Assembly: GCA_964106645.2 (NCBI GenBank) | Contig: OZ067038.1 | Strand: one strand, 5' to 3' | Length of the DNA: 64,000 nucleotides | DNA from: Podarcis pityusensis | Lineage: Eukaryota | Shown: positions 38,414 through 49,400 of the stretch, in pieces | Position numbering within the stretch: the stretch's first letter is position 1 | Layout of the letters: each line of letters starts with the position of its first letter | The notes under the pieces: model-generated | What the model was told of the DNA's origin: nothing | The model's input: the letters and a program-made list of their open reading frames with translations, nothing else | The model's database searches: none | Program-made: the position numbers and the translations under genes

Positions 38414-39620
38414 CTGCTTGAGAGAAAGTGATGCACATTAAATGTATTTCATGAGGCTTACAAAGGTGTTACCGGTTTCTCTTCCCAGCTCCCCTCCTGA
38501 GGTCTTTGAAATGCTGCCTGTTAGTGCTAAGGGGAAGAGCAGCTTCTCTCAGACCCTGGGCATTGGCAAAAGGCAGGACTGAAGCCTCCTCCTCGATTCC
38601 CTAGGTGTTGAAATATTCAGGCCCCTTACTCTTGTCTGACATGTCAAGGCATGCTCTAAAATAAAACATTTAAATTAAGTTTAAAACTGCCAACTGACTC
38701 CCAAGCTGCATGAGATACAGGAGGTCTATAATTAGATCTCCTGACATTTCTGCTTTTAGTTAAAAGTAGCCAGAGGCTCCAGCTTTGATTAGAGCAGTGA
38801 CCCTGAGCCTCAGACCTGAGGAAAAAATTTTTTGAACTCTTTTCACTGTGCCATTACCCCAATCTGTACTGTCTCCTAGTTATAGATCTCCTGCATCTCA
38901 CGCAACTTGATACTTAAATTGGTTTAATAGTTCTTCCTTCTCTCCGGCTAGCCTTAGCAACTAGTTCTTTGAGGAAGGATAGCAATCTCACTGAAGTACT
39001 ATTCGCAGAAATGTTGGTGGGAAGCAATGATACTTAAACTGGTGTTTAAACGAGCTTGAACTGTATATATGTCCTGCTTGTGAATACAGTGGTACCTCGG
39101 GTTAAGTACTTAATTCGTTCCGGAGGTCCGTTCTTAACTTGAAACTGTTCTTAACCTGAAGCACCACTTTAGCTAATGGGGCCTCCTGCTGCTGCCGCGC
39201 CACCGGAGCACGATTTCTGTTCTCATCCTGAAGCAATGTTCTTAACCCGAGGTAATATTTCTGGGTTAGCGGAGTCTGTAACCTGAAGCGTCTGTAACCC
39301 GAGGTACCACTGTACTTACAGAAAGTATAGTGGCACTGGTCATTTTAAAGCACTGCAACTTGTCTCATTCTGCCTTGCCATCCCTTCCTCTCTGCTAACT
39401 GCTACCTTCTCCTTCCCATCCTACAGGTGGCAGGGGGTCCATTTTCAAAGGCGCACCGCCTCCTCCCATGAGTGGCCCTGATGGTCCTCCACTTGGTGCT
39501 TTGGAAGAAATACAGCTTGGGGAAAACCAAAGGAGTGAGATTGACATCTCTGATTTGGGATCTCGGAACTATGGAGCAAGGACAGATTTCTACTGCCTGG
39601 TGACAGAGGATGATATCTAA
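21071..39620 (+). CDS. SIGIRR: SIGIRR / IL-1R8 (TIR8), multi-exon gene; join(21071-21418, 23406-23595, 25617-25747, 28021-28161, 28348-28491, 30134-30236, 30818-30968, 36310-36484, 39427-39620); probable additional start exon 20864-20917
   Basis: Nine GT-AG exons with consistent phases. From ATG 21412 they give 411 aa: Ig domain, TM ...[27 protein letters not shown]...[14 protein letters not shown]-tail [17 protein letters not shown]. This closely matches recalled human SIGIRR (410 aa). Adjacent to PKP3 as in human. Confidence 0.97.
21878..21958 (-). mobile_element. Sauria SINE 3' fragment
   Basis: aaaggtaaagggacccctgac...gcgctcatctcgcttta matches the other copies. Confidence 0.75.
23406..23595 (+). 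CDS. SIGIRR: SIGIRR exon, membrane-proximal Ig domain N-half
   Basis: aacag|...TG|GTAAG; [13 protein letters not shown]...[11 protein letters not shown]...HWMKD; homologous to human GVCDRAPDFLSPS...LNCT...WLKD. Confidence 0.95.
24338..25346 (-). mobile_element. ~1-kb non-LTR retroposed element with L1-like 5' end
   Basis: 17-bp TSD ccccaaat(t/g)tctactag at 24321-24337 and 25347-25363; minus-strand AATAAA plus A-tail at the left end; 5' end GGGGCGCATTGGAAGATGGCCGAC. Confidence 0.8.
25617..25747 (+). CDS. SIGIRR: SIGIRR exon, Ig domain C-half
   Basis: cccag|...G|GTAGC; [43 protein letters not shown]. Confidence 0.95.
26064..26113. repeat. (CT)n(CA)n compound microsatellite
   Basis: Directly visible. 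Confidence 0.95.
26530..26567. repeat. (GT)n microsatellite
   Basis: Directly visible. Confidence 0.95.
28021..28161 (+). CDS. SIGIRR: SIGIRR transmembrane exon (alternative NAGNAG start at 28018)
   Basis: [46 protein letters not shown]; donor G|GTAAAT. Confidence 0.96.
28348..28491 (+). CDS. SIGIRR: SIGIRR TIR exon (box 1/box 2)
   Basis: [48 protein letters not shown]; cacag|...G|GTATAG. Confidence 0.97.
30134..30236 (+). CDS. SIGIRR: SIGIRR TIR exon
   Basis: [35 protein letters not shown]; ttcag|...AG|GTAAT. Confidence 0.97.
30818..30968 (+). CDS. SIGIRR: SIGIRR TIR exon
   Basis: [50 protein letters not shown]; tgcag|...ATG|GTAAGT. Confidence 0.97.
33218..34057. mobile_element. Tc1/mariner-type non-autonomous element, family B (long form)
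   Basis: TA|CAGTGGTGC...GCACCACTG|TA; repeated GCAAGACGAA subterminal motifs; internal tandem duplication. Confidence 0.9.
35554..35683. mobile_element. 130-bp palindromic hAT MITE
   Basis: Perfect 8-bp TSD gcttactg; the element is almost entirely an inverted repeat. Confidence 0.9.
36310..36484 (+). CDS. SIGIRR: SIGIRR TIR box 3 / tail exon
   Basis: [41 protein letters not shown]...PEGDS; tctag|...G|GTAAC. Confidence 0.97.
37305..37381. repeat. (CTTT)n(CCTT)n microsatellite
   Basis: Directly visible. Confidence 0.95.
38380..38411. repeat. (CA)n microsatellite
   Basis: Directly visible. Confidence 0.95.
39087..39312. mobile_element. Tc1/mariner MITE family A
   Basis: TA|CAGTGGTACCTCGGG...CCCGAGGTACCACTG|TA; inverted relative to the 17058 copy. 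Confidence 0.9.
39427..39620 (+). CDS. SIGIRR: SIGIRR last coding exon
   Basis: GGRGSIFKG...[28 protein letters not shown], stop TAA at 39618-39620. Confidence 0.97.
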
Positions 39621-39699
39621 GAGATGCTGCAATTTTCCTTGGTGAAACTGATTATGACGATGTGCCTTGACAATGACAATCAGCTTGGGTAGTTTCTTT

Positions 39700-40130
39700 G
39701 ATCCATAACAACCAAATTGAGTGCTGTAGGGCTCTGTCCTGGGCCCCACACTCTTCATAATATTAATCAATTACTTAGCAGAAGGGGTGGAGGGGAATCC
39801 TTAGCACATCTATGGAGGACGTGGAAATGGGAGGGATCACTAACACCTCAGAAGACAGGAATAAAATTCAACACGATCTCAGTGGGTTGGAAACTAGGCT
39901 GATTAACACATGAAGTTCAACAGAGACCAATGCAAAATTCAAATGCAAAGGTTTGGGTGGTGGGAATACCTAGGTTGGCATGGCAATAGTATACATGAGA
40001 AGGATTTTAGCATTGTGTTTGATCACAAGCTGACTATGTATGAGTCAGTGGTGTTAGATGACTGCAAAAACAGACTAATAAGATTTTTTTGCAGCATTAA
40101 TAGAACCATGGTTTCCAAGTCACCAGAAGT
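39700..40130 (+). mobile_element. Degenerate CR1 LINE RT fragment in the SIGIRR 3' UTR
   Basis: Remnants such as (S)VLGP.LF.I.IN, MKFNRDQCK, EKD..IVFDHKL, SINR..VSKS. Confidence 0.7.
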
Positions 40131-42893
40131 GGAACTGTGGCAGTGGACCCGGTTACCTAGAGGGCAGGTGGTTTCCTGCTCTGGAAGTCTACATGAAGAG
40201 GCTGGACCTGAATTGATATAGTCCACAATATGGGTATCTAACCTGAGTTCATGTGGGCCCCCACCTAACTTTGTCTCATCCCCAACACCTCAGCACTTTG
40301 GTGGCAGCAGCAAGAAGAAACAAAATCAAAATTGACAGTGTTTGAACACAACCAGCTGCATACCTGTGCATGCAGGTGTGTGTGTGCGCGCGCATGCATG
40401 TGCATACATGCAGGAGTTAAGGTTAGTCAAGAGTAAATGCAGCCTTTGGGCCCAAAATGTTAGCCACTCCTTGTCTACAGTATCCCTTCCAACTCTGGTT
40501 TTATATCACTTCAGCACTGTAATTGTTGTGGGGGGGAGAGAGTTCTGTTAATCCTGAAATGTGCAAGACTTTGTTAGTGCCTTATACTTTGATTATCTTT
40601 AGTTTGTATAACTACTCAGGATCAAGGGAAGTTGTTAGGAACGAATGACCCTATTGTATGTTCTTGGGTGAGGATCTTGCACTAGGTCACTATGCTGAGA
40701 CCCCAACAACGTCTGTCAGACTCCTTTGTTTTTGCTAACATCTCTGGATAGCCCTTTCTATTTCAGAAATGGGCACTGATGACTGGCCAACATTAAGGTA
40801 ATAGAACAAAGGAAAATAACAGCAATTTGGTCTGGCATTGCTGAGACCCTGTTGTGGCTGGAAACGTATCAGTCAGAAGCAGTATAATGGAGGCAATGTC
40901 TTGGACAAAACAGATTAGATTAGCCATTTAGTTTCCGAATGAAAATCACATTGACAGCTGCAGCCCTTGGGTAAGTAGCACCTTCTAAGAGCTTTACAGC
41001 CGATCCTAGTCACATTTACTTGGAAAATTTGCCTTAAGTTAGTTACGGTAGTTTGTGAGTACAGCCTTAGCAATACATTGTTGCCACTAAGTGCAGATCA
41101 ATGCCTAGGATGGAAAGAGAAGGGCTATAATGTTGATGGAACATCTGCCTGAACTTCAAGAAAAGCATAGCTTTTGAGGGAGGGAGGATTTGAAAAGTAA
41201 CGACACTGAAAGTTCAGAATGAAAAGGTCAAGTTTTACTTACGTTCCAGCTAACAAAATTGTCACAGCAAGTCTTAGAAAAGGTTGGCACATGGTCCTTT
41301 GTCCTCTGCTTCTTTGTTTTCTTCTGGCAAGGCTCTGAGTAAGTAGCCCACCAAAAGGCCTAATTGCAATAATGGCACCTCAAAAAGTGTTTCTTAGGCT
41401 GTGTTTAGCTACTAATGTTGTTTGCTGCCTAAACAGTTCACTGGGCAGGTGTTCTTGCTTTAAAAACATTGTATGCACACCAGAAAGTGGCTAAATAAAT
41501 AAATATTTTAAGCTAGCTGTTTTGTGGCATAAGTAGTCACTGGGCTGTCAACTTCAGCCTCTAGAAAGCCGATGTCTTCACGTTAACTGGCATCTAAAGG
41601 GTTAAGCCTTGACTTGGGGAAAAACTGGAGCTTCTGCATATCAGGGTTGAGTTGTGTCAGGACTAAATGGGCACTACTAACTTGGTCCAGCAGCTAAAAA
41701 CAATGAAAATGGAATTGACATTCTCATGGTCTTTATATGCACTAAAATTTCTTCCCAACCATGAACGCTAGCACTGTCTAGTCCATTGGTGCTTAATCTT
41801 GAGGCCAAACTGGAAATATCACTTTATCTGGATACAATTCCTCTGAATATGCTAATGACTTTTGCCCCTCGCTTTCCTCCAGCCACAAAGAGGTCTAGTT
41901 TAGTGAATGTCTGCATGGGGACTCCTCTTGCTTCCAGTTCAGCTCTTTAGGTCACAGTGAAAGTGGTAGTTGTGTCCTGAGAAAAGAAATACAATGCACT
42001 GTAAGGCTGCTGATAACACTTTATGTTTGCACTGTTTACACAGATGAGCAGGACTGCCCCACATAGGTTGAAGGCTCATAAGCATATCTACTGAAAGCAT
42101 TAGATATATTTATGAATGTGTTTCGTCACGGAAGAAAGGCATATGCACTAGTCATCTTTAATAATGGGGATAGTAACTAGGAGACAGGAGGCAGCCTTAT
42201 TCCTTTCAAAATCATTAGCTAGCAGGAGAGGAAACCTCTTCAGTTACACTCTAATCAGCATACTTCTGAAATACTGCTTTCATTTTTAAGGGCTTTTCTG
42301 AGGTTAGTTTTTTAAAGGTTTTTTCATTTTGCTATATTTGTGCTAGTCCCAATTTAGTGCCAGAAGCATGATATTTTGTTTGCATGCAAAAAATAAAATA
42401 AAATGGTATTTTTGAGGGCTGGGGATTTTGGTGTACGTTGCCTAATAATAATAATAATAATGCATTAGATAACTTAATGCTGTTAAAAGCATTAGTTACC
42501 AATGTGAAAGCTGGCAAAGAAGCGGCGCTATTTCATAGTGTTTTTATAGTTATAAGTTGACAACAAAGCAAGTGTCAAAAGAATTTGAAGAGCGTTTTAC
42601 TAAGAACATTTTAAAATTCTAAAACTTAAATACATAAGAAGCAGGAAACCAGCCAATGAGGCAGTTGTATCTGTAGACAACTATGGAGTGGTAAGATTGC
42701 TAAAGAGGGGGAGAGAGAAATTGTAGAAAAGTATAATCCTTTGCATTGAACTAAACTACTTTTTTAGTTCATGCGGCGTAAGGTATGAGGGCTAAAATTA
42801 ACAATCCCTCATATACAGTTGAAATGCACCCAAGATGCATTAAATAATAAAAATATGCAATCTATCACTATAACTGGGCTAAAGGATAGCCAG

Positions 42894-42896
<3 letters not shown>

Positions 42897-42925
<29 letters not shown>
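42897..42925. repeat. (GT)n microsatellite
   Basis: Directly visible. Confidence 0.95.
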
Positions 42926-42927
<2 letters not shown>

Positions 42928-43409
42928 GGTGTAGGGAAGCCCTTTTAAAAGATATCTTCCAGTAAAATCATGAAAAGGATGTTAAATAGAGAATTGTTAC
43001 AGCTACTGAAGACAAGCCTTTTTGAGGAATAGTCAACATGGTTTCTGAATGCAAAAAAGTCCTGTATCATAAGTCATTTGTAGTTCTTTGAGCATGCCAG
43101 CTGCCATTTTCTATGTGGATACAGGTAATCCTCTGGGCATTTTCAGTTTTTCAAGGTGTTACATATTCTCTCCATGATAGATATTCATTACAGTTGTGCC
43201 TTCCCTCAAAGAATCCTGGGAATTGTATTTTGGCGATGGTGTTGAGGATTCTGTTCTAGAGCCTTTCTCCAGTTCATGGAATCACAGTTCCCAGAGTTCT
43301 CTGGAGACAGAATGGTAAGCCCGAGTGGTAAACTCAAAGTATACATGCCACTGACACATGTAGAATATAGCATAACAAGAAAAAGTAACAGCAATAAATG
43401 GTCAAAGCC

Positions 43410-44423
43410 TTTATTTATTTAGCAACATCAGTGAGTCTGCTCAGAATTAGAGAGCATGCACTGAGCATGCTCAAAAGTGTGCAAAAGATTGTCAGATTCA
43501 GAGGAAGACCAGGTTCTTAATAGTTGTACAGGAAAGAGAATTTTTGCAGGTGCAACATGTATGTCATACAGGGGTGAGAAACGCTGTACTGGATGGAATT
43601 CCTTCTATACTGCACCACTGAGGCTGATCACCTGATGGGTCAGTAAGCTGTCTTGCCAGTTGTGGTATATTTTTCTCTAGCAGAAGCACTGAAGAAGACC
43701 TAGTCCTTTCACCCACATGTTCTTTGATGTAGCATTTAACATGCCTATCTTTCAGTGCTTCAGGTTCTCATAAAACAAACAGAAATATATAATATTGAAA
43801 GATTTTTATTTCAGAAGTTAGAGAAGAGCCTAAGAGCTCATTTAGTTCCTAAGAGATAATCCGAGGGTATAGTTATTACTTGCCATGTTCATTACAATTT
43901 AAACTTTAACCAGGTGTATTTTACCAGCAAATGGGCCAAAGGCTGTGGCCATCTTCACAAAATGACTTGTCTTCCCACTTTTCTCCTTGTGTTCATGGCT
44001 AAGGTTTTCAATCCTGCATCCAGGCTTCTCATTTGACAAACAAAATAGGGATGATTGTGCCTCTTTGTGGAGAGCAGAGGCAGGTCTTTGGTGAACAACA
44101 TTAGTAGAAGCAGCAGACTGGCAAATTAGCAAGTTTTAATTACCTGCTTAACTTGCTGAGCTATGTGCATTTGTTGATACTTTTGGCTCCTCCCGTCTCC
44201 CATGCAGTTGTTAAGAGATAACAGCTCTACTTCTATGCTTGAGTGTACGTGTTCCAAAGGGATAGTTCTACAATAACATCCATCCTTACTTGGAAATTAG
44301 GGGAGCTGTTTCCTCAATTTTTATATACAGATGATCACCTCTGAAAATAGGAAGAGTGTCAGATGTTGGAGGAACTGGTGAGTGGTGCATCACTATGCAC
44401 CGTGCAAAGGTAGCTATTTTATT
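43410..44423 (-). terminator. PKP3 candidate polyadenylation signals (minus-strand AATAAA at 44418-44423, 43805-43810, 43410-43419)
   Basis: TTTATT on the + strand. The 43805 and 43410 sites are followed on the minus strand by U/GU-rich tracts. Confidence 0.5.
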
Positions 44424-46460
44424 AAAACAAAATGCCAGCTGCTTAATTCACTTTCTTAAGGTGACTTCAGCTTTTCAGTTGCACAGTTGTGATTTCCAAG
44501 GAAGCATACATAATGCTGTCAAAGTTAATGAGTTGTTAAAAGCAGCAATTTTACAAGATAATAGCCTATCCACTATACTGAGTAAAAACAAAAGCATTTA
44601 TACAGTATGTACAGGAGAAACTTATTCCCTCTTATTGCCCCTCGAGTCCATCTTGGCATCCCGTTGTGGCTGAGCTGGGTCTGGTCTCATATCTATGCCG
44701 GGTACAAATTTTAACAATTACAGCAAGAATGTCAGAGAGATGATGCTGGGGTAGTTACTTTCCCCCCAAATACTGAAATCAGCTGCCATTCCAACAGCAG
44801 CTTGTCTCTTAAAGTAAATGAACATGACTAAATTAGGCCAAGTATTTTAATAGGTCTACTCTTGAGTAAAAATTTGTTGAATACCACCCATAGTATTTGC
44901 ATGACTCACTTTGATAATGACAGCTATCGAGAGCTGCTGCTGGTTTATGTGAAAGGTAGTGCAGTTAACAGCACAACTACTCCAATAAGAGAAACCTTCT
45001 CAATCAATGGCTTTCAGTTAGGCAGTGAAAAAAACCTGTCAGATTGGTGGACATAGCATGTAGTGGGACTAGTACTAGATCCTACAGCCTCCAGCTTCCC
45101 CATTGGCCTAAACAGGTACCAGATGACAGCCATAACCAATGTTTGTCTGCCATCACAGCCTCTGTAGTAACTTCCCCTTTAGCCAACATTCTGATAGGAC
45201 ATTCCAGTAATCTGCCATTTGACTGCAGGAAGGATGTACCCCTGAGTGAAAGCTACTGTGAATTAGTTGTTATGTAACCTCCTTCATATAGAATACTGGC
45301 ACACAAAAGACAGCTTAATTTTACTAAAACTTTAATCCGGTCATCTTGTGCCTTAACATATTCTATCCCAGCCAGTGTTGGCTTATTTGACAGGGTCCTG
45401 GCACTTTAAATCAAGGCTGTTGGTTTTACCCTATAATCAAATACAGTTCAGTGGGCCAGTACCTGGCACTTATAGCCACCAAGGCATTCCTGCCAGCATA
45501 GAGCCAAAGTAACATTTTGCACAAACCACAGCAAAGCTGGCCAAAGACCAGCCCAAGGACCTCTTTTCCCCCAGCAGGTTCTAAGCCAGCCAGCACCCTT
45601 TTTGCATAATCCCACCCACCTCTTACTTTACCAGCGCTATCACCCAAACAGAAACGGTACACATATACGGTGTGTGTAGCTTCAGAAAATCCTGTCTTCA
45701 GGATTCCTGCTATTGACCATACAAACTAATTAAAATGAAAGGATCCGCCACCCAATTCCACCATAAAACTATATGCCAAAGCATTCTTGCCCTACTTTTT
45801 GGCTAGTGCTAACTTTAAACATTGCATTTATCCCTCAAAATTCCATTAACAGGTTCAATACCACCAGAAACAAGTGGTTTTCTGGTGTCATATGTGTAGA
45901 GCTTATAGTTCTCATTAAAATTGATCCATGCCTCAAGAAAAGAAGATCTCCTAGATCTTTAAAAGTGAAAAGGAAGCCCATCATTTTAGGGGTTCAGAGA
46001 AGATGGTGGGGAGTGACCTACAAACAGCAAGACTTTTAGGAGGGAGAAGGAAGGCCCCTCAGCATCCTTCCCAAGACTGGAGGTCCTGCTATGACATGAG
46101 TATTTGTGAATTTCAAATAATGACTGGGGATCCAAGGGCATCCAGTACAAGATGTGAAGGAGAAGGAGAGTCCTGAGAATTTGCCTGGATGCTGACTCAC
46201 GTCTTTACAGTTAAGATTTGTTTTTATGGAGATAAGATGGCCAGCAGAAGATGATGAGTTTCCAGCAGGCTTGAAAAAGAAACACTAATGAATAATTAAA
46301 AAATAAGGCACACCAGCCAAATTGGCCTGAGATCTATAAAAAGGAGGGAAGCTGCAGAGGGCAAGCTTCATGCAGCGGCGCCACAGTCCAAGATGGTGAT
46401 TCACGTACAAATTTCATGAAGAGTTAGGGCTGGACAGTCCATTTCTGCATTCCCTTTTCT

Positions 46461-46496
46461 TTACAGGCCAACAAAGTCTTCTTTTCGATAGCCCTT
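46461..46496 (-). CDS. PKP3: PKP3 last coding exon
   Basis: KGYRKEDFVGL*, human KGYRKEDFLGP; stop at 46461-46463. Confidence 0.95.
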   Translation of the reverse strand, partial: KGYRKEDFVGL

Positions 46497-49400
46497 CTGT
46501 AAAACACAGAAGAAGAAAAATATCACAAGGGCACATCATTCGACCCACCCAGTGCCCTATTGATATAAGACCCAATATGGCACAGATTCTCAAAAGAACT
46601 GCAAATCTAGAATTCATATCTGTGATACTGCAGAAGAGAATGACCTGCAGCAGGGGGTGCCCCTTCCTCCCTCATAAGAGAAGTTTGTACCTGATGGCTG
46701 AAATGGAAGCCCCCCACCATGGGAAATAAGGGTGATGTGCTATGTTCTATTAGTGTGCTAAAATGTTCAAACATTTAAAATAAGGGGGAGCCCTAAAAAC
46801 AAGTGGCACTTACCAAGCCCTTGGAGGACACACATTCCCGACACCTTAGATAAGTGCCATGAATCCTGGACTAAAACTATAGGTTATTGATCTATTTGGG
46901 GCAATATCCTCAGCTAAGGCCAAAATGGCAGCTGAACAAACAGCACATCTCTGTCACTTTCCTATTCAGTACTATAGGGCTAAACCCAAAGCACAGCAGG
47001 TACCCGCTAAGCATCCCTTGTTAAAGTTAGATGCAAAAGGGTATAGGGTGGGCTCCCATACTGTTAATAGTGGTTCAAAATAGGGGCGTAGAGCAGGTAC
47101 AGTGGTGCCTCGCAAGACGAAAAGAATCCGTTCCGCGAGTCTCTTCGTCTTGCGGGTTTTTTCGTCTTGCGAAGCAAGCCCATTAGCGGTTTAGCGGATT
47201 AGTGCTACAGTATTAGCGGCTTAGCGGGCTTAGCGGATCAGCTGATAAGCGGCTTAGCGATCAGCTGTTAAGCGGCTTAGCGATCAGCTGATAAGCGGCT
47301 TAGCCATCAGCTGATAAGCGGTTTAGCGGCTTGGGAAAAAGGGGGGGGGGGAGGAAAAAACCCCCGCAGGAAATCGCAAGACATTTTCGTCTTGCGAAGC
47401 AAGCACATAGGAAATTCATTTTGCGAAGCACCTCCAAAACGGAAAACCCTTTCGTCTAGCGGGTTTTCCGTCTTGCGAGGCATTCGTCTTGCGGGGCACC
47501 ACTGTATATGTTTTCTTATGCCTCCATGACAAACTATACTTACTGAAATTCATTCTTCCAGAAAACTACTAATAATACAGGCGTGCTGGCCTTTGTAGCT
47601 GATCATATCTAGAAGATACCTCTTCTCCCTCTTCTAGAATCAGAAATCTATTCATGCATATTGCAGCACAGGCACCCTATGAAGTCATTTCTCTTGTGAT
47701 GTGGATGTCCAGGAGTGCAAGCTTTCACACTGCAGGACTTGAAGGAGCAACCATACTTCCCCCTCTAGACTGGGCAGGAAGTCAGTTCTTCACTCACTGA
47801 GTAGTGGAGAGAGAGCAATTGGGAGGAAGGAACATACCGTCTTATAGTCCCGATGAAGCTTGCTGTACTGCCACATGTTGGTCAGGAGGCTGGAAGCAGC
47901 TCTCGACGACTTCTCACTGTCTGAGCTGGAGAATAAAGACAGACACAACACATTGCAAGTGCACTTTAAGACACAGACTCTCTTCCTTCATAAACTATTG
48001 GTGGATTTTATACTAGGTTACATCATGTCTATTAGTGAACCACTGAGAATTAAGGTAGCAAGCCTTAGACACATAGTGAGGAGTTCCACATAACGCTAAG
48101 TGGGGTATGGACACAAGGAACAAGGTCTGCTTGTGCAGTGGGATTTAGCTACTCCCCCCCCCTTGTGCCCCCCTGAACCTGTTCTGGGGGCTCCCCCCAT
48201 CTTCCAGAACAAATTTAAGGGCATAGAGGAAGAGAGGGGGGACAGCTCAGCTGAATTCCTCCCACGTACTTATGACTAAGCCCTACTAAATTCAGTGATA
48301 CATCCAATAGGCTTGGGCTACATTTCTGAGTTGGTCACAACTGGACCTAATGGTCAGGGGTCCCTTTATGTTTACCTTTACACTTCTGGAAGAAAATGGG
48401 TCTGTCTTAACAAATGGGCATGGTCTGTAGGAACAGACTCACAGCTTTGCAAATCCACAAACACTCCCCTTAATAGAAATTTAGACAGGAGGACGTACTG
48501 TTTAGCAGTAGGTGGACTAATTTCACACCTTTGCATGCAATTGGTATAAAGCAGCCAGATGGCCTAAAATGTGACTGAATATGGAGTTCTTGGAATTCAA
48601 CTGGTGGTTTCAGCATATGGAATTGGAGGAGGAATCCCCAGGTCTTCCCCACCTGTCCCTTTTCTTCTTGATGTAGAATAGCTTCCGCAGGCCATCGAAG
48701 TAGACAATGTCACGTGCAGCAACAGGGCTTTCCACAACCAAATTGTTCAGCACAGCAATAATGTTGACAACCACGTCTGTTGGAGGCCACTTCTCTCCAG
48801 AGCTGCCTGGGAGCTTCTCGATCAAATGACTCACCACCTTGGTTGCTGCAAATCAAAAACAAAACTGATCAGTGATGCAGGTGACTACAGGTGAAGCCCC
48901 AAGGAATGGGACACGCCCCAGAAACACTGTGTGGATGGAGTAGGCAAGGTTATTCTGCATGGAGGACAGCGCCTCCCAGCTTTCTTCCAGGTCCTGGGAT
49001 GGTGACCTTTGCTATATTTTCCAATTGGAATGACACTCACACATCTCATCCTTATTGCGCGCATTCCGGGAGAGATTCCGAATAAGTCCCGTCAGTGAAC
49101 GGAGTTGGTGATGGTCAGCTGTGCGGACTCTGTCCAGCACTGGGTTCAGGATCCTCTCTTGTTCCAAAGCCACTCTGCTGAGGACACCAGCCCACTACAA
49201 TGAAACAGGAGCCAGCAAGAGGATGAGTTGTCAGCCAAGTCAATAAAGCATCTGAGCTCAAGTTGCAGATGTGGGGAGAGAGATTCCCACATCCCCTCTG
49301 CTTATTGCTGTAACATTGTTTATCAAAAACCCTTGTGTTTAAGATGACTCCATGGCAGGTTTGCACAGCAATTTAGTGCTACAGCACAGAAAGCATCAGG

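Noticed and set aside
47185-47330. Regular short repeats resembling a CRISPR array
   Set aside because: Tandem minisatellite without unique spacers, inside a vertebrate MITE; no cas genes.
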